Positions 50,303 to 61,978 of a stretch of 64,000 nt of DNA are shown here, in pieces. Origin of the DNA: Lytechinus pictus. Its lineage: Eukaryota. The stretch is from positions 8,868,001 to 8,932,000 of the forward strand of contig NC_087251.1 of NCBI RefSeq assembly GCF_037042905.1, written 5' to 3'. Under the pieces are notes generated by a model that was not told the origin of the DNA, did no database searches, and saw only the letters and a program-made list of their open reading frames with translations. The stretch's first letter is position 1. Each line of letters starts with the position of its first letter. The translations under genes were made by a program, and so were the position numbers.

Positions 50303-50733
50303 TAGACCAGTTTGTAGTTACTCCGTGGACAATTTTGGTCAAATGACCTTTCATTTCTTTCATTAAGATAGGCAGATTTCAAAGCAAGATATTACGTATG
50401 CATGCCTTACATAGCGCGAAGAAGTATTTGAATAGACCAGGTGACTAGAATAGCACATCAATGAACACTCTATGAAGGTATTTGTTGCATTACTACTTTG
50501 AATGTATATCAGAGGATGTTGTACAATGTACTTGGCAAACTGTGAAATAAACCAGTCATTCATGGACGCATTGTTTTTTGTGGATGTGTATGAAAAACAC
50601 AATTCAAAAGAATATATGAATAATCAAGACATCGAAGTTGGTGCTTATCTCATTAAATTTTAAACCACCATGTCACTTTAGTACAAATGACCTTCCTCTG
50701 ATCATGCGCAGAGTGGAACTACAAACTGGCTTA
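50303..50733. mobile_element. MITE in the VASH 3' region
   Basis: TAGACCAGTTTGTAGTT / AACTACAAACTGGCTTA inverted termini. Confidence 0.6.
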
Positions 50734-52283
50734 TATAGAATGCCCTTTATCACGGAATCCTAGGTGGCACAAAAATCCAACTGATATGGAGGAAAAAATA
50801 TCCCATTAGCAATATGATAAACTCAGAAACACATTCATTTTTTTTTGCATAGATCTCTTACATTTCTTCTCTGTTATTGTTGTATTCTCAACACACTAAT
50901 ACATCACGTACAATTCACTTTTGCATTTCAACCACCCAAATCCCGTTTTCCTGATTAAGTTCTTCATGTTAGATCAATATAGTTAAGTGGCCCCCTGGTA
51001 AAGGGTCTGAGCTAGTATTAAAGCAAGGAAGTGAGAATCAATGCACTAATATTCTGCATTCAATTACCTATTCAAACAATAATGGATGGAACAGTAAACA
51101 TCGGACGGAAACAAATTGCAGAGACAAAATTGGCTCGTGACATGCCTTTAAACTATTCAATATGAAAGACTGAAAAAGTAGTAAAGAGCCAAATTGGTGA
51201 TTTTGTAAAAAAATATATCAAAGTACTTAACATGTATAACTAATTTTACAAAGAATACAAATAAATACTAAATAAATAATATACAACATAAATACTAACA
51301 ACAAATATTTAGGTATCAAATTTTAACAAGGAAGATAAAAAAAGTCTTTGAATCTTCATTAAGATTTCCTGTGATGCCCTGAACTTATAAAACTTATTTA
51401 AAAAAATGAATGGTTATTGGTTATATTCTTTCAAAGCAGCTATTGGGATTGAAAGACAAACATTAGGATCGATGTGATATCTAAATGCACAACTAATCAC
51501 ATTTGAATCCTTGGAAATGTAGATTTTTATTTGGCAAAATGCAAAAAAACACATTAAAGCATTTATTCTGTTCTTCATGCTCTTATGTCTCCCCCAACCC
51601 CCTCTCTTAATCTTTTTTTTTACTTTCTTTTTGCTTTCTCATTTGGCCTTCTATTTTACCATCTCTCAGTTTCCCTTCTACCAATGTCTCTGGCCATTGC
51701 ACTGCTTTCTCTTAAAAGTTTCTCCCCCATCTCTCTTTCTTAAATGTTTCACCATTTTCACACACAAAAAATCTTCTTTAGTTTTTTTAGAACCTCTACC
51801 ATGCACCCGACCCCTTCTCTGTCTTCCTCTTCTTTCTTTCTCTTATCTTTCTCTCTCTTATCTTTCTCTCTCACTCCTTCTAACATAGACCTGCCTTGCT
51901 CTCTCATAATACAAACAACAACTGAACCACATGATTACTTTTCGATACAGTCACTGACAATTATAAAACATTTTTTTTTCATTTACAGATGATAAATACC
52001 TTAAAAACTCTATATCATGTTTCTACATAGATCAGAAGGTCATTTCATAAAACTTGTTACTATAACAAATTTGCAATAACAGTTAAAAGCTACTGACATT
52101 ATTCAACCTGATTGGCTGATCATAAAATTGTGATAGAAACTATGCATTACTAAGAAGTCTTTATAAAGCAGGCCCCTGTAATAAAAGACAATTAACCAAT
52201 TGACAGATGATTTTTGTAATTCCCACAGATATAGTACTTATCTTGTGCTCCATTAGGCAACGGATTAGTGATTAATATCGGTA

Positions 52284-52505
52284 TTATATTCTGATTTCGT
52301 ATCCACCACCTGTTAACCTTTTTTCTACCACTGGTCCATCATCATCACTACCATCAGCTCCAGCTTGTGTTACCCTGACAACGATAGGAGAGGATGATCT
52401 ATGAACCCTAGGAGTACTAGGAATAGGATTCCTACGAGGTGAGTTGTAAGGGTTGGTTTCTTGGACAAACTGATAGTTGGACTGCCCTGAGCGACTTGAT
52501 TTGTA
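52284..52505 (-). CDS. VASH: VASH last coding exon
   Basis: Acceptor CCTTTTACAG; YKSSRSG...SPRRNPIPSTPRVHRSSSP...GGGYEIRI*, resembling the GYQIR(V/I) end of vertebrate vasohibins. Confidence 0.85.
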   Translation of the reverse strand, partial: YKSSRSGQSNYQFVQETNPYNSPRRNPIPSTPRVHRSSSPIVVRVTQAGADGSDDDGPVVEKRLTGGGYEIRI

Positions 52506-55500
52506 CTGTAAAAGGACAATAGTGATGAAAGAGATTCAACATCATGCTCACATCGATTGACTGGAGGCAAATGTACATGTTGCACTGCTTCTACAACTTT
52601 TCTTTCCTGAAACCGCATCCAGAATTGTCTGAAAGCATTGCCATTTTTTTTTAAATCTTCAAATTTGATTTTCAAACAAACTTCAGAAGATGAAAACAGC
52701 ATGTCCGATGTTGGCCTGTAATAGTGACCACTATCATGATGAATACTGAAAATAGTTATATTAAAATATTGTGTACATTCTAAAATTTAGGACTTTCCAA
52801 AATTTCCTGGAATACTGGAAATCTCTTTCAAAGTGGAAACACTGATATATGCAGTACTCTATTCAATTAAATTTCAATTTTGTATTTATTCATTCAAACT
52901 GCTTAAATATTTGGAAAAACAGCAGGTAAACTGTACAAAAACATCACAAAAAAGTATCATACAAAAAGAGAGAAAGGAAGATCAATCTATATTTGAACAT
53001 CGGGATATTTGTTTATACTTGCTCAGATGGTACTATCTAAATTTGTATTTTAACAAGAACTAGCACATCAATGATGTGGAGCTCATCCAGCATCTCGCAA
53101 CAAAATTTAACACAATTTTAATTTCAGCCCAGTTGACACTGTAGTGAACTATATTGGTGACATAAATTGAGGATATAGAATTGAAATTGATAAAGAAATG
53201 ACAAAGAAGCATATTTTGTGAGCTATGAAAACATTTCATATAAATTAAGCATAAATAATTTTCTAGTAAAAATTTCTAAAATCTGTGTAGAACCTAAGTG
53301 GTGAACCTCATGTAGCTCTCAGATGGTACAAAAATAATCAAAATCAATCAACAAATAAACAGTATTTTTGTGAGTTTTGAAAATATATGAATTAGCATAT
53401 TTAATGTGTTTCAAAATTCTGTGTTGAAATTTTGTATCACCACCTAGAGCTATCATATAAAGCAAACAAAATTGAAATTGATCAACAAATGAAGGAGAAA
53501 AAAACATTTTTTGTGATTTATGAATAAATTTTGCATAAATTAGCATAAATAATTTTCTAGACAAAATTTCAAAATTTTGTGTACAAGTTTGGTGAACCTC
53601 ATGCAGCTCTACCAGATGGAAGAAAAAAAATCAAAATCGGTCTACAAATAAAGAAAAAGCATTTTCTGTGATTTATGAATAAATTTTGCATAAATTAGCA
53701 TACATAATTTTCTAATGAAAATTTCAAACTTCTGTGAAGAAGTTTGGTGAACCTCATGAAGTTCTACCAGATGAAAGAAAAAAATCAAAATCAGTCAACA
53801 ATTAAAGAAGAAGCATTTTATGTGAATTTTTAAAAATATGCATAAATTAGCATATTTAATGAGTTTCAAAATTCTGTGTACAAGTTTTGAATCCCCCACC
53901 TAATGCTATCATATAAAGCACACAAAATTGAAATTGGACTTGAAATGACGAAGAAGCATTTTGAAATTCAGTCAACAAATAAAATAAATTTTCTGTGATT
54001 TATGAATTTCGCATAAATTAGCCTAAATAATTTTCTACTCCAAATTTCAAATTCTGTGTAGAAGTTTGGTGAACCTCATGAAGCTCTACCAGATGGAAGA
54101 AAAAAAATCAAAATCGGTCAACAAATAAAGAAGAAGCAATACATGTGAATTTTTAAAAATATGCATAAATTAGTTTTGCATAAATTAGCATAAAAATTGT
54201 CTTAGTCAAAATTTCAAAATTCTGTGTAGAAGTTTGGTGAACCTCATGAAGCTCTACCAGATGGAAGCAAAAAATTCAAAATCGGTCAACAAATAAAGAA
54301 GCATTATTTGTGAATTTTGAAAAATGCGCATAAATTAGCACATTTAATGAGTTTCAAAATTCTGTGTACAAGTTTTGAATCCCCCACCTAGTGCTATCAT
54401 ATAAAGCAAACAGAATTGAAATCGGACTTGAAATGGCGAAGAAGAAGCATTTTGAAATTGTGGACGGACGACAGACGACAGACGCCACGCCACGGCATAA
54501 GCCCATCTGGCCCTTCGGGCCGGATGAGCTAAAACTGATGAACATGATATTCTTTTTATATAAAATGTAAGTGATGATAGCTGATTGCCACCCCCCCCCC
54601 AAAAAAAAAAGGCTCTTCTCAAACCAAATGACATCCTGTACAAAACTTGATCACGTTTGAAATCTTTACAAAAGAATTCTCAACAATTTCTTAAAGCTGT
54701 ACATCAACCAAAATGTACTTTTTGCCTTCATATAAGCATACCTAATAAAAAGTATTTTGGGTTACTTCACTTGTATACATTAGTAATGATATACGATTAA
54801 AACTTACACATGCTCTCATATCTTTTGCATATTTGTCAATCTCCTTGCTTGCTTCAGTGCGAGTCATTTTCCACATGTTAAGAGACAGATGCTACAAATG
54901 AAGAATAAAAGAATACAATTATCTCATCTTACAGAGTAGCTACTGGACTTATCTAGATACATATGTCATCTCAACCTTTCCCCATTTCCCAGAGATGGGT
55001 TTATTTTGTAAGTGCAGATTGGCTAAAAAGTAAAAGGGGTGTTGTGGTCTAGTAGTTGTGACTCTTCTCTTTCAATCTGGGGGATGTGGGTTCGATTCCA
55101 AGCCATGTTATGTTTTAAATCAGCAAGATATTCACCCACATTGTGCTGAATGGGTTATGCTTGAGTGCCTAGGCAGCCCAGCTAAAGCTGAGGTAATAAT
55201 AATACCCTCTGTAAATATTCCTTTATTATTATTTTTATAAAGAAAAGAAGAAGGAGCTAGGGGAGGGGGAGTAAAACAACAATAAGGGGAATGAAGAGGA
55301 GAAGGATAATGAGAAGGAGAATGGGGAGGAGGAGGGGGAGATGGAGAAGAAGAAAGAGAAGGAAAAGGAAGAGGAGTAAAAGAAGAATAAAAAACAAGAA
55401 AAAGAAAGGAGAATGCGAATGAGAAGTAAAAGAAGGAGAGTAGAAAGAAATGAGGAAGAAAAAAAGAAAGGAGATACATATAGAAGGCTAAGAAGAAAAA

Positions 55501-58500
55501 GGAAAGAGAAGAGGAGAAGAAAGACAGAGGTAGGAGAAATAAGAATAAGTCTATCACTCTATCAATCAAGCAATCACTCACCCGCCATTGTATCTGTTCA
55601 AAACTATGTGGATCATGAGCGATTGGTAATCCAACCTTCAGTTTCTTCACTACATGCCAATCTGGAAATAAGAGATTTTGTGAGCAAATACGAAATGCAA
55701 CTGATCAATGCTTAGCTTCAATCAAACATAAAGAACTACTGATAATGACAGGAATCATTTGTCACATGTAAAAATAACAAGTTTATGAATGATAATAAAC
55801 AATCCTTCCAAAACCTAAATAATCAACATTGTTCTTGATGATATATTATAAAGATAGCATAACATGATAGTTTTTGTTAATATTTATTTCTTACATACCC
55901 TACATGGTGTAATTGCAAAGTTTCACAACTCAAATACCAATGCACACTTTACGATAAGTTTCTTAGTTTGTATGGAACACTAAACAACAAAATACACTTG
56001 AATAGAGTGATAATAAAAGAGATCACATATTTCAATATTTTCACTCTTTGCAGCAGCAATCTATCTCATGAAAGTGTCAACAGTATTTGAATTATTATTA
56101 CTGCATAGAATATGCTGTCATATTGATTTTCTTTAAAAAAGATAAATGAATACATCAGTAATGATGCAATGTTCATTGATATACATGTACTTACACTTCT
56201 TATATGCATCTTGGTAGCTAAAGATCAGCTCAGATAGTGACTACAAAAATAGATAAAATTATAGATTTTAGTGGTGAAAGGAGAAGCACAATTTCTAATG
56301 TGCAAAAACTATTATTGAAATGAGAGAGAAACACTTAGACAGAATAGTGGACAAGAAAAGAAAGGATAAAGAAAGAAAGAAAAGAAAGGATAAAGTAAAC
56401 GTAACATAGAATATGAACGTTTTTAAAAGAGAAAAAAGGCAAATGAAAGTTTGATTGTGAGACACCACAAAAGAGAGAAAAAACTTCTGATGTTCTTGGG
56501 CAATTGAAATAATCAATGTAATTCCATTACCCACATTTATAGAGCTTGCAGGCATGTTAACTGGGACTCAGTTTCATTCTGAAAATTTTTGATATCTAAC
56601 CATCATGTGATTCTTGTAAGAGTATTTAACCATGGAATTAGAATTGCTAGAAAATTAAGTCATTTTAACACAATTTTTGTTTCAATGCATTGTACATGTA
56701 TTAGTAATGACTATCATTGCATGATTCTTGTCTGTGTAGCTTCTGTTAATTCACAGACTAGGGTATCCACTATCAAACACTGTCAATGGGATTGTTTTTT
56801 TTTCTAGGAAGCAAGTTTATATAATTTTTCTGACATGGCATTTCAAAGAGATTAATATACCTTGAATTCAAGAGGTTTATCCATGAGATCTTCTCTCCTG
56901 CTCATACCAAGAGCACCATAGCGTGAGTTATGAACCAAACCAAGTACCACATGTCTATGAACATTCCCATGGAATTGAGTCTTAAAACTTATTGTGAACC
57001 GTTCTAATCCCGGGGTTCCATTTGTCAAGTAGCTGATTTGTTCAAGATTTTTTGTTAAGGAAAGGAGATTGATGTTTTCACTCATTGAGGTTTCCCATTT
57101 ATTCTCTAAATAAGTTGTATTAAAAGCAATGTACAGTAATTAAGCAGAATATGTTTATCATATTTTCACCTTTGGAGGTTACACTCAATTCTGCATTGCT
57201 ATGCTTTTTTAAATTAACTTTGGGATGGGCTTTTACTAAACAATTTTCTAACACAAAATTGCAACTTTCTTACAAAGAGTGCATGAAATTAAAAAAAAAA
57301 ACAATTATAACATCCATTGGAAATTAATCTCCTCTCATGAGGAGCCCACATTATACATGTACAAGCTTTGCTTTTTAGTGGGATCCTCCATTTTCACAAA
57401 TTATAAATCACAAATCCTATACACATGATTATTTTGTATGTAACTTTCTTATAACATGTCTTTTTCAAGTTGATTTAATGACCTTGGTATATTTTTTATG
57501 ATGTTGACTTGTTATGATTGTATTTATTTGATTTATATTTTGTTGAAAATGAAAGAAATCAATGAAATGAAAATGAAGTGTTAATTAAGCTTTAAGATGT
57601 GAAAATAGTGCTTTCAAGGAAGGTCCATCTTCAAAGCAGATGACTTTAAATTTCTAGATTTCTTGTGCATGTAAACTCCTAAAGTAGGTATGTTTTCAAT
57701 CACACTTTTCTTGCAGTAGTACTGATACAGGTGATCATGGAATAGATACTGAGATTTGCTACTCTGTTTGAGAAAATATTTGTACCTGAATGCAATTAAC
57801 TGGCCATCATACAGTCATTGTAGTATAAGGAGTAAAAATGGAACCCCTCTTGTAAGAAAGTTGACAATAATCATTGTGATTTCTCAAGTTCTTAGCATGT
57901 TGAGAATATGATAGTAAACAATTCAATTTCAAACACTAAAAATATGACACCCCCCAAAAAAAGATTAAATGTTAGAGCCCCAAATTTCTGTATATTCCCA
58001 TATAAGTACATTTACTCCATGAGCATTTTCCAGCAAAAATAAGAGATGGTTTTGATCATATTTAGGTGATACAAAACCTTACAGGGCTTACAGAATGCAA
58101 TTATGCATCAATTCTTAGGTGTAAATATAATCAACATTTCTTGATCAATTTGAGACAGTTTATACTTTACTTAACAATTCAATATCATGACCAAAACTTC
58201 CATTTTATAGAAAGGATACATTCCTAGAATTACAGCTTCCAAACATTTGATGGGTAGTGACTCCCTGATCATTTCTTTAGCAGAATCCATTAAACTGCAA
58301 GAAGGAAGAAAAGGAAATTAATAAATCTAATTTTTCAAATAAAATTTCATAAATATTGTAAATCTGTAAATCAAGAAAATATTCCCCAACTTTTCATTCT
58401 AAAGAATCTTATATGTTGATAACCAAATTACATTGATAAATGATCTGCACATATTCATGAATAAAAGCCTGTATTCATGACGATGCAGTCTTCAAATGCA

Positions 58501-59614
58501 AACAAAAAATGACGAATTGTTTATCATATTCCATTTGCATAACATTTTTTCAATGATACAGTACCACCGTTAGGAACTATCATATGTTACTTTTGTTTCT
58601 TTCTGAATCATGTTTTTAAATCAGTGTAAAACCAGAAAGTAAAACTTACCCAGATAAAGGCCTGTTCTTTTTTATTTCATAAAACTGCATACCAGTGTGA
58701 TTGTATCTGAATGAATAATTCAGTTAAGGTTACTTATAACAGAACAACATATTTTTTTTTATTATACCCATGAAATCATGAAATGTTCATAGAACATAAA
58801 TGAAATTATGCACTGAATGCTAACTTAGTGGTTCTCCTACTGAATCAATCAAAATTGCCTTTCTATAAGAATGTAACTAAAAAAATGAATACATAAAAAA
58901 GGACATCATCATGCAAGAAAGCAAATCATTTTTTTAAGTACCTTACAATGTCCCAATATGCTGTAAAAAAAAGTATGAAAATACAAGGCTATTAGTCTTC
59001 AATGACTGGTAAACTGTTTTTTAACATTTATTTTACTTTCAAATATATTGGGCACATCTAAATTATAGTGCATAAATAAAGCAAATTTTTTAATTAAACT
59101 AAAGCAATTTTGATAACATAATGTCATTTGACTTGTTCATTATAACATGACTGCATTTTGAATTCTTCTCATACATGTAATGGCACACAATCATAATTTA
59201 CCTACATTGTAAAGTGTAGTGGAGGTAAACTGACTGTTATTTTATTATTTAGAACATGCTATTCAGTGAGGCATGCCAAAGTAGTTCTTGAAACCTATCC
59301 AGGTATCTTTAGAATGTTGATAAAAGTTATGCTTGCAAGCTTGCAATGAATTAATTCAACAATTTCCTAAAAATAGGCCATATAGCGTTTTTTTTTCTTT
59401 CAAAAAAAAAATCTACATGTATCCTATATGTAGATTATTATTTTGGTGCCCAAGTGGGTATCATTTTAGTGACTTTGTAAAAAAACAGTCTTAATCAGCA
59501 ACTCATTGATTTTCTTGAAGGATACTGTAGTTCTTTCATATAGTCCTGGATTGCTTCTAATCTAGCTCCAACAGACTGGTAAAGGTGCACAGCAGGGACT
59601 GAGGGAATGGGAAC
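52284..59614 (-). CDS. VASH: Vasohibin (tubulinyl-Tyr carboxypeptidase, VASH1/2 family), 3' 8 coding exons, 274 aa; 5' exon(s) not found in window
   Basis: Exons (minus): 59614-59526, 58706-58650, 58294-58220, 57032-56861, 56240-56195, 55661-55582, 54891-54808, 52505-52284; phases consistent. Motifs LQYNHTG, LPIKCLEAVILGIYLT (catalytic Cys), RHVVLG (catalytic His), RYGALGMSRREDLM, HDPHSFEQIQW, C-terminal GYEIRI*. Confidence 0.92.
53052..54534. mobile_element. Helentron/HINE-like element with tandem array in the last VASH intron
   Basis: Begins AACAAG; subterminal IR AGCTCATCC (53080-53088) / GGATGAGCT (54522-54530); terminal hairpin GCCCATCTGGCCC-TTC-GGGCCGGATGAGC; GAC(A/G) microsatellite; repeated GCATAAATTAGCAT...GGTGAACCTCATG units. 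Confidence 0.75.
54808..54891 (-). CDS. VASH: VASH internal exon
   Basis: HLSLNMWKMTRTEASKEIDKYAKDMRAC. Confidence 0.88.
55036..55235 (+). mobile_element. tRNA-derived SINE
   Basis: A-box-like TGGTCTAGTAG, B-box GGTTCGATTCC, body shared with 24710-24895, (TTA)n tail. Confidence 0.7.
55240..55545. repeat. Purine-rich low-complexity tract
   Basis: Almost entirely G/A; a pyrimidine-rich tract of similar type lies at about 51580-51880. Confidence 0.8.
55582..55661 (-). CDS. VASH: VASH internal exon
   Basis: WHVVKKLKVGLPIAHDPHSFEQIQWR. Confidence 0.92.
56195..56240 (-). CDS. VASH: VASH internal exon
   Basis: SLSELIFSYQDAYKK. Confidence 0.88.
56861..57032 (-). CDS. VASH: VASH internal exon (catalytic His)
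   Basis: YLTNGTPGLERFTISFKTQFHGNVHRHVVLGLVHNSRYGALGMSRREDLMDKPLEFK. Confidence 0.93.
57033..58219 (-). other. U12-type GT-AG intron (1187 bp) in VASH
   Basis: 5' site GTATCCTTT; branch motif TTTCCTTAAC at 57063-57054, 21 nt from intron end; no pyrimidine tract. Confidence 0.9.
58220..58294 (-). CDS. VASH: VASH internal exon (catalytic Cys)
   Basis: LMDSAKEMIRESLPIKCLEAVILG; followed by U12 donor GTATCCTTT. Confidence 0.92.
58650..58706 (-). CDS. VASH: VASH internal exon
   Basis: YNHTGMQFYEIKKNRPLS. Confidence 0.92.
58707..59525 (-). other. U12-type GT-AG intron (819 bp) in VASH
   Basis: 5' site GTATCCTTC; branch motif CCTTAAC at 58729-58723, 16 nt from intron end; weak pyrimidine tract. 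Confidence 0.85.
59526..59614 (-). CDS. VASH: VASH internal exon
   Basis: VPIPSVPAVHLYQSVGARLEAIQDYMKEL; followed by U12 donor GTATCCTT. Confidence 0.9.
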
Positions 59615-60936
59615 CTGTCACAAATAGAGAGAAAAATAGTGAAAAGGGGCTTGCCAAAATATCTGCTTACCTACAGTTGTAGGCCTGCTTAAAATCTGTT
59701 TCATACACCATTAAAACAATTAACCAACAACAATATATAATGCCCATCATTGTCTTGCAAAGAGTTGAAATTGCTTTTGATCAAACTAAAATAGTTAAAC
59801 CAGACTTCAGTATTCTGAAGACCAGTTTAAGTTTAGGTCATGGTCTAACTCTGAGCTAAAATTTTTGGAAGCCGAAAATGAATGACCTGCGTAATAGATG
59901 GGCTTAGAAATCAAAACTGTACTATTAAAGATCCGTGTCCCATTTGGCTATCCATAGTTAAACCACCAGTTTAGACAAAAGTTTAGATTAAACCACTCAT
60001 TCAATGAACAAGGTCATGATATGACATTGTTCTGTTACTATTCCCTGTGTGGTGAAATAAGGTTGGCAATATTTGGCTTATTTTCTCTTGTTCTTGGTTT
60101 TTTTTACACTGTCAGTTTCCATTACAGCCATTAATCATATAAATTGTCTCTGAAGTAAATTGAATTCTTTTATTTATTCTAAATTAAAAATAGAGATTGA
60201 AAAATGAAAATTTTCTTGCCATTTTACTTTCCACCAATAGAGGGCATACACAAAACTATGCCAAAAAGTCAAGTTTTGGAGCGCTCTGGTGAATACGTGT
60301 ACAAAAAATGATTCCCAAGTTACTAATGAAAAATAGATTGCAACTGTATGGAAATGAGTATTTTTGGTCACAAAAGTGATATTTTAATGAATGTTTTAAA
60401 GTGCGTGCTGTGTACTGCATTGGCATACCATAGATCTACATTTAGATTTCCCAAAGGCAGGGTGGTTGCAGTGAACAAGTGAATTAAAAAGATCAGAATA
60501 CAGGCCTTAGTGTCAACCTAGATTGTAGACAGGGATAATTGTCTGTTCTGGGAATTCATTAATTAATTCATGACAATTCCCCCTTATAAATATTCTACAT
60601 GTATCTAGAAGAACATATTATGTAGATCTAGTCCTGAAATCACTATCTTGTCCAGATAAACAACCCATGCCACAGCTGGGCATACATTAATTATGAAGGG
60701 GGGGGGGTCCCATGTCTGCAGAGTGCAGACTGCGCATCTGAAAATTTAAAAGAATAAACATGAATTTCCCACATGGCATTCCTTAGACTGAAACTTTTGG
60801 TGTAACTTTGATCTTGTCCCAGATCAAGACAAAAAGGCAATAGGGTCTAACATTATGTAGACCCTATGTAAAAAAAAAAAATCCATGCACACTCACACAT
60901 ATTATCTAACGTTAGGTTAAATTGTCACATAGGAAG

Positions 60937-61200
60937 CCTGGGTTTTAGGGGACTAATTTGCACTTAAAAATGGTAGATAACTTCACCCAACTCATCCCAG
61001 GCACTATACACTGTAAAATCATTTGAATGATGAATAGCCCTCCCCCATTCCTGCGGACACTGTCAGTCCCATCTCTCCCCTCTGAATCTGGTTATGGGCT
61101 ATCAATAAATGACAGTGGGTCAGTGTGATAAGTTTGGTGTACTAGTAAGCAGTTAGTTATTTTTTATCAGTGCAAATAATTTAGTCCCCTAAAACCCAGG
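60937..61200. mobile_element. MITE
   Basis: Perfect 20-bp inverted ends CCTGGGTTTTAGGGGACTAA / TTAGTCCCCTAAAACCCAGG. Confidence 0.65.
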
Positions 61201-61219
61201 ATTAGGTCTACGATCTACC

Positions 61220-61892
61220 TAACCCAGGGAGCTCCGGCCCGCAAACGGAGGGCCAGGACTCGTCCGTGTAATATTCGGCAGACATGGGTACTCTCCAAAA
61301 TGGGGCAGAATGGGGTCACAATAGCACTCCAAATAAAAGGGGAAAAAAAATTATGCACTTACCTCAATTATATATCGATGAAGGTCTATCGTGACACAGA
61401 ATCCTGACATCAAGGCACAAACTGGACCCTCAAAAAAGGAAAAGTTAGACCTCTATGTCGCGTTCGTTCTTGGTAGCGATCGGCCATTTTGTTTTCAATT
61501 TTGAAAGAAGGAGTTTGTGCCTCGATGTCAGGATTCTGTGTCACGATAGACCTTCATCCATATAATCGAGGTAAGTGCATCATTTTTTCCCCTTTTATTT
61601 GGGGTGCTATTGCGACCCCATTTGTCATGAATAATATGCAAATGAACTGGTTGACCCCGAGGTCAATTCGCATGTGCGCGATGTAAGCGATCGGACAGTC
61701 ATAAGTATGGAGCAATAAACCAGTAATGCTTGTAATATATATGGACTGAATTGTTATCCATCTAACCCGTGGTTTAATTAAGGTTGAGATGTGACACCAT
61801 TCTACCCCATTTTGGAGAGTATCCTCTGCCAAATATTACACGGACGAGTCCTGGGCTCCGACCTGCTTCGCGGGCCGGAGCTCCCTGGGTTA
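61220..61892. mobile_element. Foldback-type MITE
   Basis: TAACCCAGGGAGCTCCGGCCCGC with about 100-bp TIRs plus a second internal IR; flanks CGATCTACC / CGATCTCAA. Confidence 0.8.
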
Positions 61893-61978
61893 CGATCTCA
61901 ATGTCAATTAAAGATGCGTGTAATTTATTCCCACACATTCATGAGGATCACCCATTTTTGTGATATAGTACCCTATAC

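Noticed and set aside
52370..52702. 110-aa minus-strand ORF as a VASH exon
   Set aside because: The frame is incompatible with the phase-0 donor at 54808; the vasohibin-like C-terminus is in another frame from acceptor 52505.
55036..55110. Possible tRNA gene
   Set aside because: A and B boxes are present but the cloverleaf is degenerate and runs into a body shared with 24710-24895, so it is a SINE head.
55132..55715. 172-aa and 100-aa ORFs
   Set aside because: Apart from the 80-nt VASH exon they translate a purine-rich low-complexity tract and a SINE.
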